Shown in pieces: positions 20,151 to 30,301 of a stretch of DNA of 64,000 nt (position 1 is the stretch's first letter; each line of letters opens with the position of its first letter). The notes under the pieces were generated by a model. That model had not been told where the DNA came from and did not search any database. It saw nothing but the letters and a program-made list of their open reading frames with translations. The DNA comes from a virus. The stretch lies in IMG/VR virus record IMGVR_UViG_3300045971_000356, positions 64,001 through 128,000 of that record. One strand, given 5' to 3'. A program made the position numbers and the translations under genes.

Positions 20151-20381
20151 TTGGACGGTAAACTTTTGCCATGTCCGATGTGCGGCTCCCCCGCTAAGTT
20201 GGATTCAACTGGAGTTGTAGAATGCTACAGTAAAGATTGGCAAACATTGTACATCGAATGCTCTAAAGAAAAAGATGAGCAATGTGGGATGGAATTATCA
20301 TTAAATGCCGATTTTTGGTACTCAAGAAATGCTCAAGCAATACTTATTGAGGCATGGAATAAATTGGAAAGAAAAGAATGA
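20151..20381 (+). CDS. Lar-like (restriction alleviation) zinc-finger protein
   Basis: LLPCPMCG...C...CG...IEAWN. Confidence 0.6.
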   Translation: MDGKLLPCPMCGSPAKLDSTGVVECYSKDWQTLYIECSKEKDEQCGMELSLNADFWYSRNAQAILIEAWNKLERKE

Positions 20382-21175
20382 ACAAAATTCACAATTTAGA
20401 TTGCCTTGAATCAAATAAACATATTACCCCGAAAAGTGTTGATCTTTTCTTTGTTGACCCACCATACTTTACAACCGGAATTGACTGGGATAACCAGTGG
20501 AAGACAGATGCAGAATATTATGAGTGGTGTAGGAAGTGGATCAAGAATATGTTTGGCCAACTGTCTGATACTGGGTCAGCGTATGTGTGTTGCCAGTGGC
20601 TCCACTCTGGAAAATACCAAGAACTACTCAGTGAAGCCGGATTTAATATATTAAACAGAATTACTTGGAAGCGAGATAAAGGTCGTGGGAGTTCCGTAAA
20701 TTGGAAACAAATGCACGAAGATATTTGGTTTGTGTCTAAAAGTAAAACATACACCTTTAATGTTGATGATGTAAAAGTTATCAAGAAGGTTATTGCACCA
20801 TATAAAGATGAAAACGGTAATGCAAAAGATTGGTGGGTTGATCCAGAGACAGGTGATAAAGTAAGGTTAACTCACCCTGGTAATCTTTGGGATTCGTTTT
20901 GCATCCCATTTTGGAGCAGTAAAGAGGTTCGGAGTTATGCTAAGACTAAACGAACACCAGAAAATATTTTTCAAAAGCATAGCACACAGAAACCAAAAGA
21001 TCTCGTAAAGACTTGCATCCAAGCAAGTTCAAATGTTGGCGATTTGGTTGTTGATTACTTTGGTGGATCTGGAACAACTCTTATCGCTTGCAAAGAGTTG
21101 GGCAGAAAGTGTATAATTTTTGAAACAAATAAAGAGTACTGTGATATAACTAAGACACGAATGGAGAAAGAATGA
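20378..21175 (+). CDS. DNA N6-adenine/N4-cytosine methyltransferase (beta class)
   Basis: DPPY, HSTQKP and DYFGGSGTT. Confidence 0.92.
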   Translation: MNKIHNLDCLESNKHITPKSVDLFFVDPPYFTTGIDWDNQWKTDAEYYEWCRKWIKNMFGQLSDTGSAYVCCQWLHSGKYQELLSEAGFNILNRITWKRDKGRGSSVNWKQMHEDIWFVSKSKTYTFNVDDVKVIKKVIAPYKDENGNAKDWWVDPETGDKVRLTHPGNLWDSFCIPFWSSKEVRSYAKTKRTPENIFQKHSTQKPKDLVKTCIQASSNVGDLVVDYFGGSGTTLIACKELGRKCIIFETNKEYCDITKTRMEKE

Positions 21176-21348
21176 ACGACGATTTAAAGAAAGATATTAG
21201 AATTGAACAATAATGTGACGGTTGGACAGTGCTAATAGATAATAAACGGTTCAGCTGGGATCACAACGATGAAGACATGGGAACCGATGGCATCAAAAAA
21301 CTGTTGAAATATCTTGGGCATAAAGTCACAGTTGAGGAGTGTTACTAA
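21172..21348 (+). pseudogene. Small gene interrupted by an in-frame TAA at 21211-21213
   Basis: MNDDLKKDIRIEQ*CDGWTV...VEECY*; ATGA and TAATG coupling with both neighbours. Confidence 0.6.
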
Positions 21349-21552
21349 TGAACGATCCAATCCGCGAAGCATTTGAGAGAATCACTGCACAAAATTTTGA
21401 TATTCGTAGAGTAGATCCTCTTAAAAGAAATGACAAGGGCGAATATATTATGGCAGTGTTAGAAGATCACTGGCAGACATTCCAAGAAGGTTGGGAAGCG
21501 GCAACTGAATCAGCAGTTAAAGTTTTAGACGCACTTGATAAGGTGAACAATA

Positions 21553-22008
21553 ATGGATGAACAAGATTTAGTTTACCGGCTGCGCAAACGAGCAGAGATT
21601 CGGAGGCAGATTTCTTCACGGAAGTCTGTACAAGAAGGCAAACCCGACAGAATTTCTGATCTCCTTGAAGAAGCGGCAGCAGAGATTCTTCGGTTAAAGA
21701 CAGTTCTAAACTTGAACTATAGTCCTTATGTACTTGAGGATAAGTTTAAATCTGCTCAAGAATGGGCAAACAGTTTAACTAAAGAACAGGCCATTGCGTT
21801 TGTTGATAAAATTACTGGTGGTTGGGTAGATCTTGAACCAGAACTTTGGCAAGAAATTATTGCTACGACTAAAGATGTATGGCCACTTGAATCCGGGCAT
21901 GGTACGCATTGCCACAATCATGTTTATCAAGTTGGCAAAAACCTATATGATCTGACTTATGAGCATAGTAGTGACACGCCAATCGACATCAAATTTAAGA
22001 GGGTGTGA
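21553..22008 (+). CDS. Hypothetical protein
   Basis: LVYRLRKRAEIRRQI...DRISDLLEEAA N-terminal module. Confidence 0.65.
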   Translation: MDEQDLVYRLRKRAEIRRQISSRKSVQEGKPDRISDLLEEAAAEILRLKTVLNLNYSPYVLEDKFKSAQEWANSLTKEQAIAFVDKITGGWVDLEPELWQEIIATTKDVWPLESGHGTHCHNHVYQVGKNLYDLTYEHSSDTPIDIKFKRV

Positions 22009-22043
22009 GTACATATACCTAAACAATTTGAACCCAAGAAAGA

Positions 22044-23084
22044 ATGGTGGAAGATATGAACAAGAAATTCGTTACTGGCCTTGTTGTTGGTAAGTTCTGC
22101 CCGCTACACAAAGGTCACCTTAAAGTTATCAACACTGCCCTTGACCAATGTGAAAGGGTGGTGATCCTGTCGTATACCTCGGAAAACTTTCCTAAGTGTA
22201 GTAGCGAAAAACGGCAAAAATGGTTAGAACAAGCAGTTATTAAATCTGCTGATCGTGCTACTGTGCGAGTCATTGACGGTAGGGCATTCGCAGCACAACT
22301 TAAAGATGACTCACCGGAAGATAAACACCGTGAATTTTGTGCCGATTACTTGCTGAATAATTTAGACACAACTGTACAAGCGGTATTTACTTCGGAAGAC
22401 TACGGCGACGGATTTGCTGATTTCTTGAGTCTCTACTTTACTGCTAACTTGCTGAATCCAATGTCAGTAAAGCATGTCATGGTAGACAGGGAGCGAAAAG
22501 AGTTCCCAATCTCTGGCACTCAACTTCGTGAATCAGTGATGTACATAGACAAATTTGTGCCGTGGTTTGTCTCAAAAGATTTTGTGCGTAAGGTACTTTT
22601 CCTTGGTGGTGAATCAACTGGCAAGACTACTCTTGTAAATGCGTTAGGCGATTCCCGACACAATGTACTGGAATTTGGTCGTTGGTTATTTGACAAGAGA
22701 GAAGGTAAACTTCAGTATGAAGATATGGCATACATTGCTAAATGTCAACTTGAAGCAGAACATTACAAAGCAGCAAGCCTACTTATGTCAGAGTTTCTGT
22801 ATTGCGATACATCACCGTTGACGACGAAGTTTTACTCAGAGGAATGGTTTGGACGCACCGCCCCAGAACTTGAAGATATGGTGCACGAGAGCGAAAGCGC
22901 ATACTACAAAGTATTTCTGTGTGCGCCAGACTTTCCAATGGTGCAGGACGGTACACGACAAGACGAAAAGTTTCGCAGTAAAGGTCACGAATATTACTTG
23001 AATGCTCTCAACGGCAAACCGTATACTCTGCTCACTGACAGTATCGAAGAACGAATCGCAAAAGTAAAGGCTGAACTGTTTTGA
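22044..23084 (+). CDS. nadR: NadR-type NMN adenylyltransferase / ribosylnicotinamide kinase (no HTH domain)
   Basis: GKFCPLHKGH, ISGT, GGESTGKTT, CDT and QDGTR. Confidence 0.88.
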   Translation: MVEDMNKKFVTGLVVGKFCPLHKGHLKVINTALDQCERVVILSYTSENFPKCSSEKRQKWLEQAVIKSADRATVRVIDGRAFAAQLKDDSPEDKHREFCADYLLNNLDTTVQAVFTSEDYGDGFADFLSLYFTANLLNPMSVKHVMVDRERKEFPISGTQLRESVMYIDKFVPWFVSKDFVRKVLFLGGESTGKTTLVNALGDSRHNVLEFGRWLFDKREGKLQYEDMAYIAKCQLEAEHYKAASLLMSEFLYCDTSPLTTKFYSEEWFGRTAPELEDMVHESESAYYKVFLCAPDFPMVQDGTRQDEKFRSKGHEYYLNALNGKPYTLLTDSIEERIAKVKAELF

Positions 23085-23209
23085 GTATCCGTGACTATTT
23101 TGTACTTGGTGGAACTTTAGTAGTTTCGTTGATGCTGGTCGCACCTATTGCGATTTTGCTGTATTGCGACTATAAACAGTGTTACAGAAAAAAATAATAA
23201 ATACTTATT

Positions 23210-23539
23210 ATGGCAACCAAGCGTAAAAAATCTCTCGCAGGCCGTGTTATGTCAGTGTTTCAACTGGCATCGCGTAAACCTGGGGCGAAAGACGCTGCCA
23301 TGGAAGTAGTTAAAGAAGCATTCCCTCGCATTCACAAGATGATTGAAGTATGCTGGGGCTCAGAAGAACTACAGCAAAAACTTACAAACTTGTTACAGAT
23401 GGACGATCCAAATCGTGAAGGGTTTCCCACGCATGTAACTGAGGCATTGATGATCATTCAAGAACTCCACATGGAAGAATTTGAATTTGATCCATTTGCC
23501 AATTCCTTTATGAACAGCACCCAAACAGACAAGTGGTAG
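23210..23539 (+). CDS. Hypothetical protein
   Basis: FPRI...WG...DPNREGFP; ATAAATA 6 nt before the ATG. Confidence 0.6.
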   Translation: MATKRKKSLAGRVMSVFQLASRKPGAKDAAMEVVKEAFPRIHKMIEVCWGSEELQQKLTNLLQMDDPNREGFPTHVTEALMIIQELHMEEFEFDPFANSFMNSTQTDKW

Positions 23540-23542
23540 CGC

Positions 23543-25116
23543 ATGAACTTAGTAGAAACGATAGTGAATCTTGCCAAAGAGATTGAGGCAGAAGACCCAA
23601 TTGACTTCGGAATGCTTGACATTGATGAAGATGCAGCATATAATTTAGTGGCAACCAAATTTATTGAAGTTTACTTGTCCAATGACAACGACGACAGAGA
23701 TACAATTTTGCTTGCTACAGCAGTGAAATTAGCAGTAGAAAATTTTGCTTTACAACGTGAGAAAATCTTGAAAGGTAATATATGAGCATCGTATTAGTTG
23801 AATGTGTTTCCATGTTTCGCATGCGCTATGCAGTTGAGACGCCAGATGATCATCCTGAGTGGGCATTGGACACAGTAACATTAGAGGAAGTGGAAGAATT
23901 TTCACAAGAGCATCTTGGTGAAACCATCGTGTCTCATCGTGTTATTTCACGTGAGGATTTGCTGGCACTTCACAACATTGACCACGCTTATCTCACAACG
24001 GCTTGGACTGAAGAACAAAAATTACAATCTGTTTACAAAATTACGGACGCAGAATGAGTTACACACCTATTCCTGAAACGACGTTTGGCAACACGCCAGC
24101 AGCAATGTATTTGGCTCGCAAGTTGAACGAAACGCAAGACGTTGCCTTGTTGCGGTCAACGGGCCGTCGTATCACTGCCACGTTTCATCAGGCCAAACAG
24201 TTAGTGACATCGTATGAACTCGGTGTTGGCGCTGGCGGCATTGATGCAAAGACGTTGGCAAACTGTTTGCGATTGATGCGTGAGGAAATCGCGAATGAGG
24301 CAATACAGTATTGGCACGATGACTTGATTATTCACCAACTGCGCCGCAACGTGCAAATCGGTCACATCAAACGTGCCATCCGTTTGGCAACCATCGCACG
24401 TAAAGCAGAGCGGGTCATGACAAGCCCAGAATCCAAAGCGTCTGATGTGTCTGGAAAAGCGTTGAGTGGTGTAATAGAACTCAGCTATTATTTTACTGAC
24501 AGCCAGTCCAATAAAAAATACTTAGCAGGCCTTGTTATAAATGACGAGACAAATGAAAACTTTGTACTGATACACAAGTTTAAACTCAATGATGTTGAAA
24601 CCATCACACCAGAGTTGCTACACGAACGGTCTGAACGCCGTTGTATTAGGCTGAAAAAGCCTCACACTATTTTACATGGTAATACACCCTAAAAAATTCT
24701 TAGCCTACTTAAAGGTTAAATCAGAAAATTCCCACCAGATGGGGAAGATGTTAGCGTTATCGCAAAAGCGGATTTTAGAGCAAGGCCCAGCCATACTCGA
24801 AGATTATGGTCCGGTTTACGTGCATCCCAAGACACAAAATCGTGACCCAATCGCAATTTTGCTTCCACACGCTAAACCATCCAAGTGGCATTTCAGCGTA
24901 ATCTCAAGCGAGATAAATCGTCGTGTCGTGCGCTATGCTGCGCGAACATACCTGGTTAACATTGAGCTTGACAACGAGAAGGATCGCTTTACAAGTTTCT
25001 TACAAGCGTTACAAGACGCCCACGATTATGCGTTTTGCTATGATAAAAACGTGGCGGATAGGAAGAAACTATTTGCTGAAAAGTGCGAAATCATTAAAAA
25101 AGAGTTCAAATTGTAG
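23543..25116 (+). other. Four coupled hypothetical CDSs (23543-23785, 23782-24057, 24054-24692, 24676-25116)
   Basis: Overlapping start and stop codons on the same strand. Confidence 0.6.
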
Positions 25117-25145
25117 TTGACAGTCAAGCATTTTGGTGCTATAAT
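25117..25145 (+). promoter_or_regulatory. Early promoter of the TTGACAGTCAAGC repeat type
   Basis: TTGACA-17-TATAAT, near-identical to 9268, 36069 and 37222. Confidence 0.85.
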
Positions 25146-25177
25146 AGTCACATACAGCAACAAAACGGAGTTACAAA

Positions 25178-25585
25178 ATGGCATATGTTTCTGCAGAACT
25201 TAAAGCAAAATTGGCCCCAGCTGTCAAGGCAGTGCTGAAAAAGTACAAAATGAAGGGCTCGTTGGCTGTGCGTAACCACTCCACCTTAGTGTGTAACGTC
25301 AAGTCCGGTCCCATTGACATCATCGGCAACATGTTTGACAAAGCAGTCAATGAGCCCGGCACCCACTACAACCGCAACCCGGTTAAACCCACTTACATTG
25401 ACGTAAACCCGTACCACATTGCTAACAGCTACAGCGGCAAAGCGCAAAAGTTTTTGCTTGAACTGAAGGCTGCGATGGACAACGGCAACCACGATAACAG
25501 CGACATCCAAACTGACTACTTCGACGTTGGTTGGTTTCTAGATATAAATATCGGAAGTTGGGACCGCCCATATATGGTGGTTTAA
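25178..25585 (+). CDS. Conserved phage early protein
   Basis: DNSDIQTDYFDVGW...IG.WDRPY; SD GGAG. Confidence 0.75.
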   Translation: MAYVSAELKAKLAPAVKAVLKKYKMKGSLAVRNHSTLVCNVKSGPIDIIGNMFDKAVNEPGTHYNRNPVKPTYIDVNPYHIANSYSGKAQKFLLELKAAMDNGNHDNSDIQTDYFDVGWFLDINIGSWDRPYMVV

Positions 25586-26232
25586 CTTTTAAATTTGCAG
25601 TTGTCGCCATGATATCGATTTATCATATTATGCGACACTTCCTTTTTACAATGGATGCAACATACACGCATTTTAGGAACTCCTGAAAATACTGTCGTAT
25701 TTTTTGCAGATAATTTTTTGCTAACTTCAACGCTATGTTTTTTGTCGTAAAATGGATTATTGCTGCCAGCACACATTCCCTTTCTATTTGCAGATATTTT
25801 TTCTTTAGTCGCTGCTGAATGGCGTTTGCCAAACATGTTGTTTTTGCTGCCTTGTGCCCGGATACTCATATTTTGCTTCCATGTGTCAGTAAATGGATTT
25901 CTTTTGCGGCCAGTGTATGTTTTTGACAATTCTGCCCGCAAATAAGCGTATACTCTGCTAGTAACTTTGCCAGAAAATTTAAATGATCTCGACTGTTGCC
26001 ATGCCGCGTATACCATTTTATGTTTAACCGTAGCATCAACAAATCGGATTAGCAGTAAATGGCAAATAAAATGTTCGCGGAGAGTCAACGCAACCAGATT
26101 GCTGCTACTGTTTTTGCCGCCAAGGCTTTTAGGAATTATGTGGTGCCTATCGTATGGTTTTTCAAGGGTTCGCTCTTTGGCACGAGCAATAATATTTTCG
26201 TACCATTTTAGATATTTGTTTTGGGTAAACAT
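25582..26232 (-). CDS. HNH homing endonuclease with NUMOD3 motifs
   Basis: RHHIIPKSLGG, LTLREHFICH and MFGKRHS. Confidence 0.88.
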   Translation of the reverse strand: MFTQNKYLKWYENIIARAKERTLEKPYDRHHIIPKSLGGKNSSSNLVALTLREHFICHLLLIRFVDATVKHKMVYAAWQQSRSFKFSGKVTSRVYAYLRAELSKTYTGRKRNPFTDTWKQNMSIRAQGSKNNMFGKRHSAATKEKISANRKGMCAGSNNPFYDKKHSVEVSKKLSAKNTTVFSGVPKMRVCCIHCKKEVSHNMINRYHGDNCKFKS

Positions 26233-26330
26233 TGTATTTTATTTGGAGGTTGGCTGGTACAGTATTTATCCGCTTGACTTCACAGTTAAAATATGTTATA
26301 ATGATTCTATCAACGTAAAGGGGAAGCAAC

Positions 26331-26600
26331 ATGGGTGATCACGATAAACTACCGCCGCAATTTGCAATTGGTATTCCACTGGACTTGCTGCTTGAGCTCG
26401 TCATTAAAATGAACGAGGCATACCAAGACGACGAATACGCTGACGAACTTGCGGGACGGCTTGAAGAAATCATGCCCAAGTCACTGCATCCCGGCACTGA
26501 TGCGTTGATTGCAGATGCGAACGACGACGTTATTTGGGACGCTGATATGGATGTGTCCAAGGCAGCAGATTACATTAAAACAGTTATGGCAATGAAATAA
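26331..26600 (+). CDS. Hypothetical protein
   Basis: Follows promoter TTGACT-17-TATAAT at 26274-26302. Confidence 0.6.
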   Translation: MGDHDKLPPQFAIGIPLDLLLELVIKMNEAYQDDEYADELAGRLEEIMPKSLHPGTDALIADANDDVIWDADMDVSKAADYIKTVMAMK

Positions 26601-26601
26601 A

Positions 26602-26925
26602 ATGGATACTGAATTCATTTTCATCGGCTGGTGTAACAAAGTTGATTCAGACGGTTCCAAACACGACAAGGTTTGGACTGCGTTTGTAGCAGGCAACACC
26701 TATTACGCAGGCTGGTGTGCCCGTGGTAAAAAAGTTTCATTTAAAAATCACGGCTCAGGCTGGAGTGGTCTTAGTTCGATTGATGATGTGAAACGCAAAA
26801 AAGCAAAACCAAAAGGCGAGTACGAAGAAGTTGATGCGTTCCGTCTCTTTGTACTATTCCCAACGTTCAAAGAAGACGTTGAAAAATGGCTAACCTTTGA
26901 TACACTTGCTAACAAAGTACGGTAG
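26602..26925 (+). CDS. WGR-like domain protein
   Basis: HDKVW...W.ARG...KK.K..GEY. Confidence 0.5.
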   Translation: MDTEFIFIGWCNKVDSDGSKHDKVWTAFVAGNTYYAGWCARGKKVSFKNHGSGWSGLSSIDDVKRKKAKPKGEYEEVDAFRLFVLFPTFKEDVEKWLTFDTLANKVR

Positions 26926-27188
26926 AATTGCTAAATACATTAAAGGATTTTATTTTGTCCCAAAACGGCATTTCTACTCTTCCAACCAAAGCAGCACGAG
27001 CCGCAGCTAAATTAGCGTTGGCTCAAGCAAAACGTGCGACACCAGCCACGCCTGGCTATCGTCCACTCCACACATTAGACACCACGCTGAAATCGCCTGT
27101 TCCAGGCCGTCCTTGGAAGTAGTCATTCTGCTTGATAGTAGGATAGTATTACTGTTACACTGGTGGGGAACAGGATAAATACTACACT

Positions 27189-28967
27189 ATGTTTCTAGGC
27201 TTAATCACACTACTCACCGCTCTTGCCATTTCTGGCATATCCGCGTATTACTCCATTATTGGTTTAACCGCCATTTTCTCCGCCGCTGGTATCCCCATCA
27301 TTATCATGGGCACAGTGTTAGAGGTTGGCAAAGTTGTCACCACACTGTGGCTACATTACAACTGGGACCAAGCAGCATGGAAAATCAAAAGCTATCTTGT
27401 AGCTGCCGTTGTTATTCTCATGCTCATTACCAGCATGGGAACGTTCGGATATCTGTCAAAAGCACACTTGGACCAAGCAGTGCCTTCTGGGGACATTCAA
27501 GCAAAAGTGTCACTATTTGACGAGAAAATTAAATCTCAACGTGATAACATTGACGCCGCACGTAAAGCACTTACACAAATGGATGGGTCAGTAGATCAAA
27601 CATTGTCCCGTTCCACAGATGAAAATGGCGCTACTAAGGCAGCAAACTTACGTAGGTCACAAGCAAAAGAACGAACACGATTACAAGAAGATATTGGCAA
27701 AGCGCAAACTGAAATAACAAAATTACAAGAAGCACGAGCGCCAGTGGCAGCGACATTTAGAAAAGTAGAAGCCGAAGTTGGTCCAATTCGGTATATCGCA
27801 GCATTGATTTACGGCGACAATCCAGCACAGAACTTACTTGAGTCAGCAGTGCGTTGGGTGATTATTGTCATTGTGTTTGTGTTTGACCCGTTGGCAATTG
27901 TGTTATTGTTAGCAGCAACGACGTCGATTGACTGGGCACGAGGCAAAAAGGAAAAAGCTAAAGTTGACGCAGTAGGCAATGACACAACTTTCCCGCCAAC
28001 TACTGCTATTGACATGGATGCGCAAATTCAAGCAGCAATGGATGAAGTGACACGCAGACTATCAAAAGAATACGAAGAAAAAGAAGAAAAGTATATAAGC
28101 AAATTTGAAGAACAATCATCTGAATATTCCTCACTGATTGATAAACTTGCTTTAGCACATGACGAGAAAATTCAAGAGCTACAGCAAAGCTTATCCACTG
28201 CATCAAATAAAGTTGAAGATTTGTCCGTAGAACTCGCACAGCTACATGCTAACACGCAAAATTTAACAAATAAATATGCAAAATTAGACAATATTCGCGA
28301 GACTCACATTACATTATTTGATAATGATGAAAACTTAGCCACACAACTATCGTCAGTGACTGACAGAATTAAAGACCTTGACAGTTTACAAAAGCAAGTC
28401 AATGACTTAACCGCTAATGTATATGCGTCAACATCAACATTGTCCTCGATGACAGAGGAAGTAGTTGAAGCAGTCACTGGGCCGGCACCATTTGATGAAC
28501 CTGCTGTTGAAGAGCCAATATTTGTTGATACGCTACCTCACGATTATCGTGAGGTCGACAGTGAAATAGAAGTTATAGTGGCACCTACACTGGTGCCAGA
28601 TATTGACTTTACTGCGCCTTACGCGCCACTACCTGTTGATCCAAATTTAGTAGCGTTACCAGTAAAACATCCAATTGAGCCACAGTTATTAAATGCTTCA
28701 TTACCAGCATCTAATTTTGGTATGTCATTCCCACCTAAACCAAACAAAGGTGATTTGTTTTTGCGGGTTGACATGATGCCATCTAAATTATACAAATGGG
28801 TTGAACCTAAATGGATCGAAGTAAGCAAAGACGCATATGATGTTTTCTCGTACGATCAAGAATATATCAAATTTTTAATCAGCCAAATTAGTGCTGGTGA
28901 ACTCGACATTGATGCTTGCTCAACTTCAGAGCAAGATAAAATTTCTGAATATTTAAGAAATCTATGA
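27189..28967 (+). CDS. Membrane-anchored coiled-coil protein
   Basis: N-terminal transmembrane helices, GYLSKAH, EAEVGPIRYIA, FVFDPLA and C-terminal FP..P.KGDLFLRVD. Confidence 0.75.
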   Translation: MFLGLITLLTALAISGISAYYSIIGLTAIFSAAGIPIIIMGTVLEVGKVVTTLWLHYNWDQAAWKIKSYLVAAVVILMLITSMGTFGYLSKAHLDQAVPSGDIQAKVSLFDEKIKSQRDNIDAARKALTQMDGSVDQTLSRSTDENGATKAANLRRSQAKERTRLQEDIGKAQTEITKLQEARAPVAATFRKVEAEVGPIRYIAALIYGDNPAQNLLESAVRWVIIVIVFVFDPLAIVLLLAATTSIDWARGKKEKAKVDAVGNDTTFPPTTAIDMDAQIQAAMDEVTRRLSKEYEEKEEKYISKFEEQSSEYSSLIDKLALAHDEKIQELQQSLSTASNKVEDLSVELAQLHANTQNLTNKYAKLDNIRETHITLFDNDENLATQLSSVTDRIKDLDSLQKQVNDLTANVYASTSTLSSMTEEVVEAVTGPAPFDEPAVEEPIFVDTLPHDYREVDSEIEVIVAPTLVPDIDFTAPYAPLPVDPNLVALPVKHPIEPQLLNASLPASNFGMSFPPKPNKGDLFLRVDMMPSKLYKWVEPKWIEVSKDAYDVFSYDQEYIKFLISQISAGELDIDACSTSEQDKISEYLRNL

Positions 28968-29356
28968 CAACTGTAAATTCTGAAGCTGTGTGCAGCAATA
29001 TCGTAACCCCACCTGATTTTTTAGAGGACGCAGATCTAAACAAAACAGTGCTTATCATTGATCCGTTGTGGTCAGACATCGAGGATTTAGCACTGTATCT
29101 CAAATCTTCCACTCTTGCATACACCGTCTACATTTACCGCAGCGACATGAATAGTGATGAATGGTTAGCGCAAGCAGCACCACGATGCGGAATTATGATT
29201 GTAAATACAGAGCAAACACCACTAAGTCCACGCAAAGATAGAATGGTCCTTCAACCAAATGCCTTCCATTATGGTCCGAAAAACTTTCTCATGAGCTCGC
29301 TCAAAGTTGGCAAACCAATAGATTGGTTCATTCAGCACGAGCAACTCACTCAATAA
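28964..29356 (+). CDS. Hypothetical protein
   Basis: Coupled ORF. Confidence 0.6.
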   Translation: MTTVNSEAVCSNIVTPPDFLEDADLNKTVLIIDPLWSDIEDLALYLKSSTLAYTVYIYRSDMNSDEWLAQAAPRCGIMIVNTEQTPLSPRKDRMVLQPNAFHYGPKNFLMSSLKVGKPIDWFIQHEQLTQ

Positions 29357-29395
29357 TATTTTATTATAATTCCAAGTCCTGTATAATAAATAAAG

Positions 29396-29449
29396 TACAA
29401 GGTGCCGATGGTCGGGCCTTGTATACGATTCAAACTTGCTTAAAAGGAG
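29396..29449 (+). promoter_or_regulatory. Structured leader with ROSE-like CUUGCU/AGGAG hairpin upstream of hsp20
   Basis: TACAAGG-tg-CCGA-tgg-TCGG-g-CCTTGTA, then CTTGCT-taaa-AGGAG. Confidence 0.6.
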
Positions 29450-29455
29450 ATTATT

Positions 29456-29929
29456 ATGAATCAATCTACACGTCTTACGACTCTTGACTTGCCAGCTTTA
29501 ATGGCACAAATTAGCCGCGCATCTATCGGGTTCGATAGCATGTTTAACAGGCTAAACGACACAGTGTCTGGGTTACCAGCAGTAACTAATTATCCACCAC
29601 ACGATATCATCAAACTTAGCGATACTAAGTACTCAATTGAAGTTGCGGCTGCGGGCTTCAAAGAGAATGAACTATCTGTTGCGTTGGACAACAATGTGTT
29701 AACCATCGAAGGGCAAAAAGTGACGGAGTCTGAGCGTGATTACATCTATCATGGCATCAGCAACCGTTCGTTCAAGAAAGTGTTAACGTTGGCAGAGCAT
29801 GTCGTTGTCAATGATGCCAAATTTGAAAACGGCATGTTGACTGTCAACGTGGAAATTGTCATTCCTGAGGAATTGAAGCCCAGGAAGATTGCTATTAACA
29901 GTAGCAATACTGTACAATTAACACAGTAA
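29456..29929 (+). CDS. Small heat shock protein (Hsp20/IbpA-like)
   Basis: IGFD, NYPPHDI, YHGISNRSF, ENGML and PEELKPRKIAI. Confidence 0.93.
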   Translation: MNQSTRLTTLDLPALMAQISRASIGFDSMFNRLNDTVSGLPAVTNYPPHDIIKLSDTKYSIEVAAAGFKENELSVALDNNVLTIEGQKVTESERDYIYHGISNRSFKKVLTLAEHVVVNDAKFENGMLTVNVEIVIPEELKPRKIAINSSNTVQLTQ

Positions 29930-29948
29930 TATAGGTTCACGTAACAGT

Positions 29949-29971
29949 GGCGGGGTAGGTAATACCCCGCC
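29949..29971. terminator. GC-rich hairpin between hsp20 and clpS
   Basis: GGCGGGGTA-ggtaa-TACCCCGCC; no U-tract. Confidence 0.4.
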
Positions 29972-29988
29972 CATAACTAAGGTAGCAA

Positions 29989-30300
29989 ATGGCAAATACA
30001 TCCGTAGATATTAAAGAAAAAGTAGCAATTAATACAAAAATTTTGCCACCTCCGTTATTCAAAGTCATTTACATGAATGACAACGTAACTACGATGGAGT
30101 TTGTGATTGAAAGCTTAATGGCAATTTTTAACCACTCGCGCGAAGTGTCATTAGAATTAACAACAAAAATACACGAAGATGGTGGCGCCGTTGTGGCAGT
30201 ATTACCATCAGAGTTAGCAGAGCAAAAGGGCATCGAAGCCACAATGATGGCTCGCCAGCAAGGGTTCCCTCTTTTGGTGAGATTGGAACCTACGGAGTAA
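29989..30300 (+). CDS. clpS: Clp protease adaptor ClpS
   Basis: PPLFKVIYMNDNVTTMEFV, IHEDG, AEQK and GFPL. Confidence 0.9.
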   Translation: MANTSVDIKEKVAINTKILPPPLFKVIYMNDNVTTMEFVIESLMAIFNHSREVSLELTTKIHEDGGAVVAVLPSELAEQKGIEATMMARQQGFPLLVRLEPTE

Positions 30301-30301
30301 T

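Noticed and set aside
20378-21175. Restriction-modification system
   Set aside because: No adjacent restriction endonuclease; it looks like an orphan methyltransferase, which is common in phages.
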